Source: Gammaproteobacteria bacterium (GTDB lineage: Bacteria > Pseudomonadota > Gammaproteobacteria > CAJXQU01). Taken from it: a stretch of 64,000 nt of DNA. The notes under the pieces are model-generated. The model worked only from the letters and a program-made list of their open reading frames with translations. It searched no databases and was not told the origin of the DNA. How positions within the stretch are numbered: position 1 is the stretch's first letter; the number at the start of each line of letters is the position of its first letter. The stretch is taken from positions 1,344,001 to 1,408,000 of the forward strand of contig CBDEGZ010000003.1 of assembly GCA_965238175.1 (NCBI GenBank), read 5' to 3'. Made by a program: the position numbers and the translations under genes. Shown piece by piece: positions 29,819 through 40,387 of the stretch.

Positions 29819-31581
29819 AGATCGGGTCCAATCATAATATGTAGCCGGATCGGTTTGTCTGGATCTGAAATTCCTGATGCAAGATCAACCCTGACCAGAC
29901 CTACCGGTGAGAACCAACGAAGTCCAAAACCGACGCTATATTCAATATCATCACCGAAATCATTAAAAGCATTACCTGCATCGACAAAACTTGCTAACGC
30001 CCAATTCTTCTTAATACGGTGCTCATACTCGAGACTACCGACGGCTAAATATTTGCCACCAATAACATCTCCATTGCTGTCTCTGGGGCCAAGATCTTCA
30101 TAATCAAAGCCGCGAATACTGTTGTCGCCACCGGCGAAGTAACGCAATGCGGTTGGTAATTTATCAAAATCGTTGACGCTGGTTGCGCCAATATTGCCAC
30201 GTACAATTACACGACCATTTTTCCAAAAAGATCGAATGTATTTTCCATTTAGACTAGCTTGTATAAGCGATACATCTGATAGAATACTTTCAGATGCACC
30301 ACGAATATTTAGATCAACATGGAAACCATTTTTCGTGTATGTCGGGTTGTTAGTTTCAGTCAGACTCCAGGTTATGCTTGGCATTAAAAGTACAGAACTT
30401 CTTTCAGTTGTGCCGATCTCGAAATTTTCTATTAAATAAGAAAGATTGATGGTTTCATCCCAACCCCAGCGTTTTTGTCGGTAATTTATGCCCAAATTTA
30501 ATGTATCACTTTTACTGGTATCTGTGTTTTCTCGTTCTAGTTTTCCACCAAAGTCCAGTTCACGTCCTTTTTTTGGGTAGTGTGGTAGCGTGTAATTAGT
30601 TGTAATGGTTGATAAAACCGGCGACAGTTTTATATCGGCACCTGCTCGATGACCACGATCATTAATGTAGCGGCTTTCCCAACCGAATTTTATCCGAGGA
30701 CCTGTATCGGTTCCAAAGCCGACTCCTGCGGTATAGCGATTGCGTTTTTTTGGCGATAATTTAACTTGAATAGGAACGTTATTATCCGAGATTAGATCTT
30801 GCTTTGGACGGACTTCTACATTTTCAAAGTAGTCTGTATTCGATAAAGTTTGTTGCAATTTCACCAGCAAACTATTTTCGTAAGGCTGGCCTTCTTCAAA
30901 GGTTTGTAGTTCTAATAACGTTGCGTAACTAATCGGGGATTTTGAATAACGAACTTCACCAAAGGAATATCGAGTTTCACTATTAAAATGCAGTGTGACT
31001 TTTGCGCTGTTCTTTTTCAGATCAACTTCAACTTTATTTTCAGAAAAAACAGCATCGAAGTAGCCACGCGCTGCTGCGAGGCGTTGTATGTCTTTTTTAG
31101 TTTTCTCATATAAACCATGGTGCATGACGTCACCTGATTTGAGGGGTAATTCTTCACGTAGTTTTTGAAACGCCTGATCATTAGCTGCATCACCAAAAAA
31201 TTGCAATTCTAATGTACCGACGGTAAGTGGTGCTCCAGCGTCAATTTCATAATGAATTTGCCAAACACCGTCAACTTTATTTAGTTCAGATTGAATAATC
31301 GGTTTGTAATAGCCTAAAGCCTGTAGTGCAATTTTGATCTCTTGATCGGCTTTTTTATGCAGCTTTTTAATATTGTTCTCGGTTAAACGTGGATTGTCTT
31401 TTTGCCTTTCTATGCTTAAGGAAGTGAGAATATTTTCTAATAGCGGATCTTCGACACCATCAATAGTGACGCTCACATTTTCCTTAGCGTGAGCAGGCAG
31501 GCTTATGTTTAGGTTGATACCCATGCTGATGGCTAGGTAAAAAGCAATGATACAAATGAGAGGGAAATTTTTAACGTTCAA
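29815..31581 (-). CDS. tamA: Autotransporter assembly factor TamA (Omp85)
   Basis: POTRA region, GFGTDTGPR, RYFAGGDNSIRGF, C-terminal IGPDL. Confidence 0.95.
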   Translation of the reverse strand: MNVKNFPLICIIAFYLAISMGINLNISLPAHAKENVSVTIDGVEDPLLENILTSLSIERQKDNPRLTENNIKKLHKKADQEIKIALQALGYYKPIIQSELNKVDGVWQIHYEIDAGAPLTVGTLELQFFGDAANDQAFQKLREELPLKSGDVMHHGLYEKTKKDIQRLAAARGYFDAVFSENKVEVDLKKNSAKVTLHFNSETRYSFGEVRYSKSPISYATLLELQTFEEGQPYENSLLVKLQQTLSNTDYFENVEVRPKQDLISDNNVPIQVKLSPKKRNRYTAGVGFGTDTGPRIKFGWESRYINDRGHRAGADIKLSPVLSTITTNYTLPHYPKKGRELDFGGKLERENTDTSKSDTLNLGINYRQKRWGWDETINLSYLIENFEIGTTERSSVLLMPSITWSLTETNNPTYTKNGFHVDLNIRGASESILSDVSLIQASLNGKYIRSFWKNGRVIVRGNIGATSVNDFDKLPTALRYFAGGDNSIRGFDYEDLGPRDSNGDVIGGKYLAVGSLEYEHRIKKNWALASFVDAGNAFNDFGDDIEYSVGFGLRWFSPVGLVRVDLASGISDPDKPIRLHIMIGPDL

Positions 31582-31590
31582 AACAGCTTG

Positions 31591-32232
31591 TTATCGATTA
31601 GTTTTATTAGATGATGTGGCTTTTAGAAGATTACTTAAAGCAATTAGAAGGCCAAGGCAAATAAAACCGCCGGCTGGCAACGATGCAAGAATAAAGGCTT
31701 TATTATTTTGCGCAAGCTGAAGTGAAAATATTTTACCCGACTCACCTACGATCAATTCTATGTCTCTAAATAAACTACCGTAGGCTATTAATTCTCGAAA
31801 TGCGCCGAGCGCAACTAATGTTAGCAAGACTACAAGGCTGTGAAAGGCTGCATCTCTAACAGATCTGATTACGTTATTTTGTGATGCAAAGACAATGGTT
31901 TTATCGAGGATTAAACAATTGGCCGCGACAATGAGTAGATAAACACCAAGTGCAGATCTTAAATCGGGATACCAAGCTTGCATGAGTAGATCGATAATGG
32001 TCACGAGTGTGGCGGTTATCAAGACATAGCACGCAACGGCTGCCGGTGGTGGAATAAAATAACGTGTTGCCGAGACAATTAAAGACGTGATCGTAAAAAC
32101 GATAAAAAAAATGATACCCATGCTGATGCTTAAAGTGAGTGAATAAGAAATGGCCAGTAGTGGACTCAAGCCGATCAAACGAAACAATACCGGATTGTCG
32201 TGCAATAAGGCGCTGAAGATTTGAGCGTTCAT
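31591..32232 (-). CDS. rnfE: Rnf/Rsx electron transport complex subunit E (divergent)
   Basis: NPVL..LIGLSPLLA, IVAANCLIL, GAFRELI, LPAGGF; ATGA overlap with rnfG. Confidence 0.85.
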   Translation of the reverse strand: MNAQIFSALLHDNPVLFRLIGLSPLLAISYSLTLSISMGIIFFIVFTITSLIVSATRYFIPPPAAVACYVLITATLVTIIDLLMQAWYPDLRSALGVYLLIVAANCLILDKTIVFASQNNVIRSVRDAAFHSLVVLLTLVALGAFRELIAYGSLFRDIELIVGESGKIFSLQLAQNNKAFILASLPAGGFICLGLLIALSNLLKATSSNKTNR

Positions 32233-32846
32233 GGTTGTGTTACCGGCTGAGGCTTTGCCCATATTTTTTCTTTCTCACGTTGATAAAAGGCAAGACATTT
32301 CTTTATGGTTTTAATCACGGCATTTGAACTAATTGTTGCACCAGATATGTGATCAACATTTAAAATTTTATCTTTATCAGGATAAACAAATGATGAACCG
32401 ATAAAGCGTTTTAACCAATCCGAAACTTTTTGATCGATAGCATCGCCGAACCCCGGTGTTTCAGTATGCTGAATCACCCCTGTCGCGAGAATTTCTCCAT
32501 CATAACTCAAACTTATCGCCAGGCTAATTGGGCCATTATAGCCATTTGGAGCGATAGGCAGAATAATAATCCCTAGAGGATTTCCATTATCTCGCGCGCG
32601 ATAAATGGGAACAGGCTTGGCAGTTCCCAAGTCACCTAATAAGATCAGTTCAACTTTGTCGTTTATTAGATCATTATCGTATTCTAAGGGCATTAATTGT
32701 TTGATCAGCAAATGTTGTTTGTTTGTTTTAATCTGGCTGATGGGAATGCGAGTATCATTATAAAAATAATGCGCGATCAAAAAGCTCGATAAGATAAAAA
32801 AAAGTAGAGGTGCAATTAATGAAATTCGCGAGAAAGTCATGATCAA
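32229..32846 (-). CDS. rnfG: Rnf/Rsx subunit G
   Basis: APNGYNGPI, HTETPGFGD, FMN-binding ISGATISS. Confidence 0.88.
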   Translation of the reverse strand: MIMTFSRISLIAPLLFFILSSFLIAHYFYNDTRIPISQIKTNKQHLLIKQLMPLEYDNDLINDKVELILLGDLGTAKPVPIYRARDNGNPLGIIILPIAPNGYNGPISLAISLSYDGEILATGVIQHTETPGFGDAIDQKVSDWLKRFIGSSFVYPDKDKILNVDHISGATISSNAVIKTIKKCLAFYQREKEKIWAKPQPVTQP

Positions 32847-32856
32847 TTAGCCAAAC

Positions 32857-33831
32857 TTAACTAGGTGCTTGAGGTCGAAAAAAGTGATCAAGTACGGGGA
32901 CGGTAGCATTCATCATTAAGACGGCGAAAGCTGCGCCTTCTGGATATGCGCTCCAGGTTCGAATGACATAAATGACTATGCCGATCAGAAACCCATAGAT
33001 AAAACGTCCTTTTTTTGTGCTCGGCGAGGTGACGGGATCGGTTGCAACAAAAAAAGCACAGAGCATGGTTGCGCCACTGAATAAGTGAAAAGATATTTCC
33101 GGATAATGGTCGGCATCGGATATTTGAAAAAGTACAGAGAATAAAATGAGTCCACAGAGAACACCGACGGGAATATGCCAGCGAATGATTCTTTTTTGAA
33201 TCAAAATCAATCCACCGATTAAAAAGGCGATGTTGATCCATTCATGACCAGATGAAGCAAAATTTCCAAAAATGCCAGTATTCTGGATTTCTGAAAGCAT
33301 ATGTGCAAGTCGCAGGCTGGTTTGCAAGCTATCTAACGGGGTTGCGCTACTTTGACTGTCTATGCTTATTGCCCATTGATTCATTTCTGCCGGAAAGCTG
33401 ATCAATAATGCCACAACTCCGACCATCGCAGGATTAAAAATATTGTTGCCAGTACTACCGTAAGCATATTTTCCAAGTGTGATCGAAAATGTGATCCCAA
33501 TCAATAGTATCCACCAGGGAAGAGATGGAGGGAGTGATAAAGCAAAAATAATAGCCATTACTGCGCCACTGCCATCTAAAGCAAAGGTTTGCAGATTATT
33601 GCCACGAAGGTGATGCAAGCCCACTTCTAGAATAAAGCCACAACAAATGGTTAGAATCAAATTGATCAAAACACCATAACCAAAAATGAAAATGCTCAAC
33701 AGCGTTCCTGGAATAAGGCAAAAGCCGACCAAAAACATCGCTCGCTGAACAGAGGGATTCACCAGCCAATAGTCTTGGATCTGAAGTATCTTCTGCAAAC
33801 CGTCAACTTGTTGGTCTGTGCTTTTTTGCAT
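32857..33831 (-). CDS. rnfD: Rnf/Rsx subunit D
   Basis: NIFNPAMVG, SATPL flavinylation motif, FVATDPVTSP. Confidence 0.9.
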   Translation of the reverse strand: MQKSTDQQVDGLQKILQIQDYWLVNPSVQRAMFLVGFCLIPGTLLSIFIFGYGVLINLILTICCGFILEVGLHHLRGNNLQTFALDGSGAVMAIIFALSLPPSLPWWILLIGITFSITLGKYAYGSTGNNIFNPAMVGVVALLISFPAEMNQWAISIDSQSSATPLDSLQTSLRLAHMLSEIQNTGIFGNFASSGHEWINIAFLIGGLILIQKRIIRWHIPVGVLCGLILFSVLFQISDADHYPEISFHLFSGATMLCAFFVATDPVTSPSTKKGRFIYGFLIGIVIYVIRTWSAYPEGAAFAVLMMNATVPVLDHFFRPQAPS

Positions 33832-33913
33832 AGGCGAAATGTACCATTATTTTGCCGATATAATCAGTACTACGTTAGAATGAGATTATTTTCTTTGAAG
33901 GGAAGGAGATTTT

Positions 33914-35131
33914 ATGCATGGAATGAAACCGCGACGCGATTGTGTTGGTGTCAAAGTAGGGGAAATTACTATTGGTGGTGGTGCTCCGGTGGTTGTTCAA
34001 TCGATGACTAATACTGACACGGCTGATGCACTTGCGACAGTGAAGCAGGTACAACAGCTAGCGGCTGCCGGATCAGAGTTGGTTCGGATCACCGTTAATA
34101 ATGAAGACGCCGCAAAGCAGGTAGGCAAGATCAAAGACATGCTTGATGCGGCCGGTTGTGCTGTTCCATTGGTTGGTGATTTTCATTATATCGGGCATAA
34201 ACTGTTGACCAAATATCCTGAATGCGCTGAAGCACTGGCTAAATACCGAATTAATCCGGGTAATGTGGGGTTTGGTAAAAAGCGTGACTCTCAGTTTGCT
34301 GCTATGATCGAAACCGCAATTGAATATGATAAGCCAGTACGTATAGGCGTTAACTGGGGCAGTTTGGATAATGCATTAATCACCAAAATGATGGATGATA
34401 ATGCAAAACTCCCAGAACCACGATCTCCCGAAGTTGTAACTCAAGCAGCGTTGATAGCATCTGCTATAGACAGCGCTAAACTTGCAGAAGATATTGGTTT
34501 GTCACGCGATAAGATTGTTCTTTCTTGCAAAGTCAGTGGCGTTCAGGAATTGATCTCGGTTTATTCTGAACTCGCTTCCCGTTGTGACTATGCATTGCAC
34601 CTTGGTTTAACTGAAGCGGGTATGGGATCAAAAGGTATTGTTGCTTCAACCGCAGCGATGGGCATTTTATTACAACAGGGGATCGGCGATACGATCCGTG
34701 TTTCACTAACACCAGAACCTAATGGTGATCGGACAAAAGAAGTGATCGTCGCACAGGAAATTTTGCAGACGATGGGGATCAGATCATTTACGCCTTTGGT
34801 AACTGCATGTCCGGGTTGTGGCCGAACAACGAGTACTTATTTTCAGGAATTGGCTGATTCTATTCAGGCTTATGTCAGAACTCAAATGCCAATATGGCGA
34901 GATCAATATGACGGAGTTGAAGATATGAGTCTAGCCGTAATGGGTTGTGTAGTGAATGGGCCAGGGGAAAGTAAGCAGGCCGACATAGGGATTAGTTTGC
35001 CGGGTACTGGTGAAGCACCTGTTGCGCCAGTGTTTATTGATGGTGAAAAGGTTGCAACTCTGCGAGGTGATAATATTGCCGAAGAATTTCAGGGGATGGT
35101 GGATGAGTATGTACAGACGAATTATTCATAG
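33914..35131 (+). CDS. ispG: HMBPP synthase
   Basis: [44 protein letters not shown]. Confidence 0.98.
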   Translation: MHGMKPRRDCVGVKVGEITIGGGAPVVVQSMTNTDTADALATVKQVQQLAAAGSELVRITVNNEDAAKQVGKIKDMLDAAGCAVPLVGDFHYIGHKLLTKYPECAEALAKYRINPGNVGFGKKRDSQFAAMIETAIEYDKPVRIGVNWGSLDNALITKMMDDNAKLPEPRSPEVVTQAALIASAIDSAKLAEDIGLSRDKIVLSCKVSGVQELISVYSELASRCDYALHLGLTEAGMGSKGIVASTAAMGILLQQGIGDTIRVSLTPEPNGDRTKEVIVAQEILQTMGIRSFTPLVTACPGCGRTTSTYFQELADSIQAYVRTQMPIWRDQYDGVEDMSLAVMGCVVNGPGESKQADIGISLPGTGEAPVAPVFIDGEKVATLRGDNIAEEFQGMVDEYVQTNYS

Positions 35132-36794
35132 ACCTAGTATTTCAATAGTCACGCCTTCCAAAGTAATGTTAGTTGGATTATTTTTATTATCATCATTTTT
35201 AGTCCATGCGACTGAAGTAGTCTACCCAAAAACCAAACTCCTAGATGAGTGGATCTATACAGTTAAGCAAGGAGATAATCTTTGGAATTTAACGGAAGAT
35301 TTTCTGGTTGATATGCGTTATTGGCGCAAGTTGCAAAGACTTAATAATATTAATCAACCGTCAAAAATACTTCCGGGATCGACTTTACGCATACCACGTG
35401 CCTGGTCACGTATTCGTCCATCAGAAGCAACAATAAAGAGCTTTTCAGGCAATGTTAGTGTCACTGTTTTAGAAAAAAACCAAGCCGTCTCTGTTGATAT
35501 GAAATTAGTAGCGGGTGACCGGATCCAGACTGGCGCAGGGGCTTTTGCCAGATTGTTATTTGAAGACGGATCTGTCCTTATCCTAAGAGAAAACAGTGAG
35601 CTTATTGTGGAGACACTAGAATCTTATGGAAATAAGGATGTCTTCAATACCAACCTGGAGCTCAAGCGAGGGCGGTTGGATAATAAAGTTAACCCCGATA
35701 AAAAACCGGGTTCACGGTTCGAGATTAATACACCTTCGGCAACCGCCGCAGTACGCGGAACAAGTTATCGCTTAAATGTTATTGATCAGGAATCGATAAC
35801 AACCGAAGTACTAGAGGGCGAGGTTAATGTTGCCAATGAAGTGGGTGGAATCGGAGTTGAAGGTGGTTTCGGCACCCTTGTTAAGCAAGGAGTGCCACCA
35901 ACACCTCCAGTTGCTTTATTACCAGTGCCAGAGTTGTCTCAAATACCGACCTTGTTTGAACAATTGCCGATTAAATTCCAGTTGCCGGAGATAAAAGATG
36001 CACATGCTTATCGAATTCAAATAGCGCCCGACTCTGCATTTTTAGCCTTAAATTATGATGACCTATCGCTGTCAACAACGGTCAGTATTGATGAACTCAG
36101 GGATGGTGAATATTTCATAAAGGTTCGTGGCGTTGATCAAAATGCTTTGGAAGGCTTTGATTCATTGCACGGATTTATATTAAACGCAAAACCGGATGCT
36201 CCATTATTGATAGAGCCGCAAAGGGGACAAACTGTATCGAGTGAATATCGCAAATTTTCGTGGACAAAAAATGCTGACGCGACAGCTTATCATTTTCAGT
36301 TGGCAGATAATCTAAATTTTGATCAACCACGCATTGATATTCCAGAATATAAGGAAACTACCACTACAATTTCACACCCTTTACCACCCGGGAAATGGTT
36401 CTGGCGTGTTTCTGCATTGGACGCAGAAGGTGCAGGACCTTTAGGAAGTGTCAATGAATTTCAGGTAATGAAACCCGGGAAAAAAGTTGATGTTGCTTTA
36501 ATAGACGAAGCAGAAATTGTTTTTCGTTGGCCTGATGGTGAGGAAAGTGATCGATATCAGATCCAGATCGCGAGTGATATAGTCTTTCAGAAATTGATCG
36601 TTGATACAGAAGTTGATCAAGTCAGATACATCTTTCCACGACCGAAATTGGCGAGTACTTTATTTGTACGTATAAGGGTTATTGAAGCCGATGGATTTGA
36701 AGGTTCCTGGGGTTCTGTACAACAAGTTGATATCCCAGATGAACATCCTTTCTGGTTACTTGCTCTGGGACCTCTTTTATTGTTCTTGTTATGA
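35103..36794 (+). CDS. LysM-FecR domain protein with Fn3-like repeats and C-terminal anchor
   Basis: [10 protein letters not shown] (LysM), GDRIQTG...FEDGS and [13 protein letters not shown] (FecR); start placed at an internal Met. Confidence 0.85.
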   Translation: MSMYRRIIHRPSISIVTPSKVMLVGLFLLSSFLVHATEVVYPKTKLLDEWIYTVKQGDNLWNLTEDFLVDMRYWRKLQRLNNINQPSKILPGSTLRIPRAWSRIRPSEATIKSFSGNVSVTVLEKNQAVSVDMKLVAGDRIQTGAGAFARLLFEDGSVLILRENSELIVETLESYGNKDVFNTNLELKRGRLDNKVNPDKKPGSRFEINTPSATAAVRGTSYRLNVIDQESITTEVLEGEVNVANEVGGIGVEGGFGTLVKQGVPPTPPVALLPVPELSQIPTLFEQLPIKFQLPEIKDAHAYRIQIAPDSAFLALNYDDLSLSTTVSIDELRDGEYFIKVRGVDQNALEGFDSLHGFILNAKPDAPLLIEPQRGQTVSSEYRKFSWTKNADATAYHFQLADNLNFDQPRIDIPEYKETTTTISHPLPPGKWFWRVSALDAEGAGPLGSVNEFQVMKPGKKVDVALIDEAEIVFRWPDGEESDRYQIQIASDIVFQKLIVDTEVDQVRYIFPRPKLASTLFVRIRVIEADGFEGSWGSVQQVDIPDEHPFWLLALGPLLLFLL

Positions 36795-36840
36795 AACAAG
36801 AATGATTATGAATATGAACAAGAATGACCAACTGTGAAGC

Positions 36841-39800
36841 ATGAAAACTGATTTAGATCGGGTAGATAAAATAATGCTGGGATTGTTGTTGATCCTAGTG
36901 ACAGCAGTTTTAAATTACACACACCTCACTCAAAAACTGGATAACTTTATTTATGATACACACTTGGGTCTTTGGTCGAGAGCACCCATAGAAGATATTG
37001 TGCTAGTCACGATTGATGATCGTAGTGTAGAACAGTTAGGGCGTTGGCCATGGCCGAGACGTTTCCATGCAAAGCTGCTAGAAGTGTTATCAGACAGTAA
37101 GGCCGTTTCACTGGATATTCTTTTTTCGGAGCCAGATACTAATGACCCGAAAGGTGATCAGATCCTTGCAGAGGCTATTGTTACGCACGGTAAAGTAATT
37201 TTGCCTGTCGCGTTAACGGATTCAGAAAATCCAACAGGACAAGCTCCCATGCTGGGTGAATTAAGTTCATTGCCTATTTTTGATCGTGCGGCTGCGAGTA
37301 GAGGCCATGTGGATGTTGAGCTTGATGATGGAATTAGCCGCAGTATTTTTCTTAAAGGAGGGGTGAATTCACCACAAATAAGTGCCTTGCCATTGGCTAT
37401 GATAGAGCAATATCAACAGATTGAAATACCGGGACAGAGAAATAAAAAATGGATAACAGTAGAAAAAATTCGTAGCAAGAATGATGGGGTTTCTCGTTGG
37501 GATGAGAACAAATGGGCCAAAAACAAATGGGTTAGAGATTACCGAATCTTGCTACCTTTTTCTAAAGATCCGCAACATTTCAAAAAAATATCCTATATTG
37601 ATGCTATAGACGAGCAATTTGATCGAACCATATTTACGGATAAATGGGTTTTGGTCGGTATGGATGTAACAGGTTTGGGTGATCGTATTTCTACACCGGT
37701 CACTCATTCAGCACAGTCTATGGCAGGTGTTGAGTTTGAAGCACATGTTTTGGATATTTTACTGAATGATCTCGCTATTCAGCCTTTAGATGATCATCAA
37801 AACTTGTTAGTGGCGCTGCCATTTTTAATTGCGCTCGTATTATTGTTTAATTTTTTTCGCGCAGACAGAACCTGGTTGGTGGCGGTACTACTGGTACTCG
37901 CAATAATAATGTGTTGCTTTGTTTTATCCCGACAAGGTTTTCTGGGAACACATTTCTGGTTTAGACCTGGTTCGGTATTGGTCGCACTTTTTATTGGTTA
38001 TATTTTATTACATCGTCAGCAGCTAGCGGGATTCATTTTCTTTTTAGGAAAAGAAAAAGAGCATGCGGAAGTCGCGTTAACGACAGTTAGCAATGCGGTT
38101 GTCATTACAGATAATCTGGGATGTGTAGCATTTATGAATCCTATTGCTGAAACGTTAACGGGTTACACATTTGAAGAAGTTCGAGGACAGCCATTATCTG
38201 ATGTGGTGCAATTTCAAGATCATAATGGAGTGCCTTCGCAGATTGATCTGGTAGCAAGAAGTCAAAGTACTCAAACCAGGGTCGAGCTTCCTGAAAATTA
38301 CTTTCTCAAACAGCATAATGGGAAGCTATTGGCGGTAAAGGCAAATGCTAAACTCTTCGTTGGTGATAGGGAAGAGGTGACAGGTGTCGTGGTCGCATTT
38401 GATCAACAAAATCCGCAACTACATCAAGCGACGGGTGTCATAGATCCGCTTACGGGCCTACCAGCATGTCCACTGTTAAAAGACCGATTAGAACATGCAA
38501 TTTCTATCGCAAGTCGAACAAAGCGTTTGATCGCTATTTTGTATTTGAACATTAATAATTTTAACAAAATTATTGATGGTGTTGGTATGAAAAACGCTGA
38601 TAATTTATTAAAAGAAATCGCTTCGCGGCTGACTGCTCGTGGTAGAAGTTGTGATACTGTCGCCAGGATAGAAGACGCTAATTTTGTCGTTGTTTTGGAG
38701 AACCTTGAAGATCTCGATTCTGTAGCGTCGGTGGCAATGACACTACTTGATGCAATTGGCAAGCCTTTCAGGATTATGGAACAGGTGGTTAGTGTAGAGC
38801 CAAATATCGGTATCAGTACTTATCCTAAAGACGGTATGAGCGCTGAAATATTGAAGAATAATGCGCTGATAGCAATGAATCGAGCGCGGAAAAGTCAGAA
38901 AGAAAATATCTCACAGTTTCGATTTTATTCTCAAGAAATGCATAAAAAGACATTGGATCAGATGTTATCTGAAAAAGATCTGCGTACTGCATTAACGGAG
39001 AAAAATTTCGAACTTTATTATCAACCCCGAATAGATTTTAGTAACGGGAATATTATTGCTGTAGAGGCTCTGATTCGTTGGCGTCGAAATGTTGGCGATG
39101 GTGAAGAGCTACTTTTACCGAGTAGCTTTATACCTTTGGCTGAGCGTTGTGGTCTGATTACAGAAATTGGAACTTGGGTTTTAGAGACAGCGTGCATGCA
39201 ACTAAAAACATGGGAAGAGGCCGGTTTGCAATGCCCTCGCATGGCGATCAATTTATCACCCAGACAGTTGCAGCATGATTTGCTAGATACTATTGCCCGT
39301 GTTTTAGACACGCTAGCATTGGAGCCACAGATACTTGAACTGGAAATTACTGAAAATGCGCTTGTCAGAAATGCTGATAGATGCATTGAAATTCTTAAAG
39401 AGTATAGAGCGGTAGGCGGTAAAGTTTCGATTGACGATTTTGGGGCAGATTATTCATCATTGAATTACCTTAAAAACTTTCCTGTGGATACGTTGAAGAT
39501 TGATCAGGTTTTTATCAATGATGTTTTGACGGAATCAGAGCATAAGGCAGTTACGTTAGCAGTTATTAGTATGGCTCATAGTCTAAACCTGCAAGTTGTA
39601 GCGCAAGGTGTCGAAACTAAGCCACAGTTCGATTTCTTACGTGCAAAAGGTTGTGATGAGTTGCAGGGAGATTTCTTTTCTAAGCCACTTTCATGTTTCG
39701 AGATGACAAAGATATTAGAAAAAAATCAGCATATCGAACTTGACGACGTTTCTGAACAGCTTGAGAGAACCTTGTTATTATTTGATGAGGATAGTGAAGC

Positions 39801-40131
39801 TCTGAGCCGTCAGGGGATGATGCTTGCGAATGAAGGTTATCGAATATTGATGGCCGATAGCGAAGAGCATGCTTTAAGCCTGCTTGCTAAACATCCCGTT
39901 GGAGTCGTGGTTTGTGACGAAGTAATAGGGCAGATGCATGGTTATAAATTGCTTGAGAAGATCAAAAGTTTGTATCCAGAAACAACATGTATATTACAGA
40001 TGTCTTCTATGGATCGAATAACAACATCTAAGATGAATAACTCTGGTGCTATTTCCAAATTTATCAATAAGCCAATATCAGAACTTGAATTCAAAGAATT
40101 ACTCAGAGAAAGTTTTAATCTTGACCTTTAA
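36841..40131 (+). CDS. CHASE2-PAS-GGDEF(degenerate)-EAL-REC signalling protein
   Basis: IDDRS..LGRWPWPR (CHASE2), MNPIAETLTG (PAS), RSCDTVARIEDANF, VEALIRW/DDFG, C-terminal receiver with VVCD. Confidence 0.9.
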   Translation: MKTDLDRVDKIMLGLLLILVTAVLNYTHLTQKLDNFIYDTHLGLWSRAPIEDIVLVTIDDRSVEQLGRWPWPRRFHAKLLEVLSDSKAVSLDILFSEPDTNDPKGDQILAEAIVTHGKVILPVALTDSENPTGQAPMLGELSSLPIFDRAAASRGHVDVELDDGISRSIFLKGGVNSPQISALPLAMIEQYQQIEIPGQRNKKWITVEKIRSKNDGVSRWDENKWAKNKWVRDYRILLPFSKDPQHFKKISYIDAIDEQFDRTIFTDKWVLVGMDVTGLGDRISTPVTHSAQSMAGVEFEAHVLDILLNDLAIQPLDDHQNLLVALPFLIALVLLFNFFRADRTWLVAVLLVLAIIMCCFVLSRQGFLGTHFWFRPGSVLVALFIGYILLHRQQLAGFIFFLGKEKEHAEVALTTVSNAVVITDNLGCVAFMNPIAETLTGYTFEEVRGQPLSDVVQFQDHNGVPSQIDLVARSQSTQTRVELPENYFLKQHNGKLLAVKANAKLFVGDREEVTGVVVAFDQQNPQLHQATGVIDPLTGLPACPLLKDRLEHAISIASRTKRLIAILYLNINNFNKIIDGVGMKNADNLLKEIASRLTARGRSCDTVARIEDANFVVVLENLEDLDSVASVAMTLLDAIGKPFRIMEQVVSVEPNIGISTYPKDGMSAEILKNNALIAMNRARKSQKENISQFRFYSQEMHKKTLDQMLSEKDLRTALTEKNFELYYQPRIDFSNGNIIAVEALIRWRRNVGDGEELLLPSSFIPLAERCGLITEIGTWVLETACMQLKTWEEAGLQCPRMAINLSPRQLQHDLLDTIARVLDTLALEPQILELEITENALVRNADRCIEILKEYRAVGGKVSIDDFGADYSSLNYLKNFPVDTLKIDQVFINDVLTESEHKAVTLAVISMAHSLNLQVVAQGVETKPQFDFLRAKGCDELQGDFFSKPLSCFEMTKILEKNQHIELDDVSEQLERTLLLFDEDSEALSRQGMMLANEGYRILMADSEEHALSLLAKHPVGVVVCDEVIGQMHGYKLLEKIKSLYPETTCILQMSSMDRITTSKMNNSGAISKFINKPISELEFKELLRESFNLDL

Positions 40132-40246
40132 AATATTGCATTAACACAAAGAGAATAAAGCCATTTCCACAAATTTTTTTTAACTTATATTTTCGCTGTG
40201 ATCCTACTCAGTTTTTTGTTGTCAATGGTATCGAAGTGTTAAATAA

Positions 40247-40292
40247 ACACTATATATAGTTGAAAAAATACTAGAAACACAATATATTGTGC
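40247..40292 (+). promoter_or_regulatory. Tandem NrdR boxes
   Basis: ACACTATATATAGT (40247) and ACACAATATATTGTG (40277) fit acaCwAtATaTwGtg, 30 bp apart, upstream of nrdJ. Confidence 0.88.
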
Positions 40293-40387
40293 TTTCGCAG
40301 GCGTTGGGAGGAATCAGCGTTGTTCATCTGAAAAGTGCTTTTCTGCACTTTTTCGTGGTCTATAATAAAACAATGAAAGGGGAAAGT

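Noticed and set aside
40132-40387. Cobalamin riboswitch upstream of nrdJ
   Set aside because: No B12-box or GGGAA/GCCACTG motifs seen; the NrdR boxes explain the region
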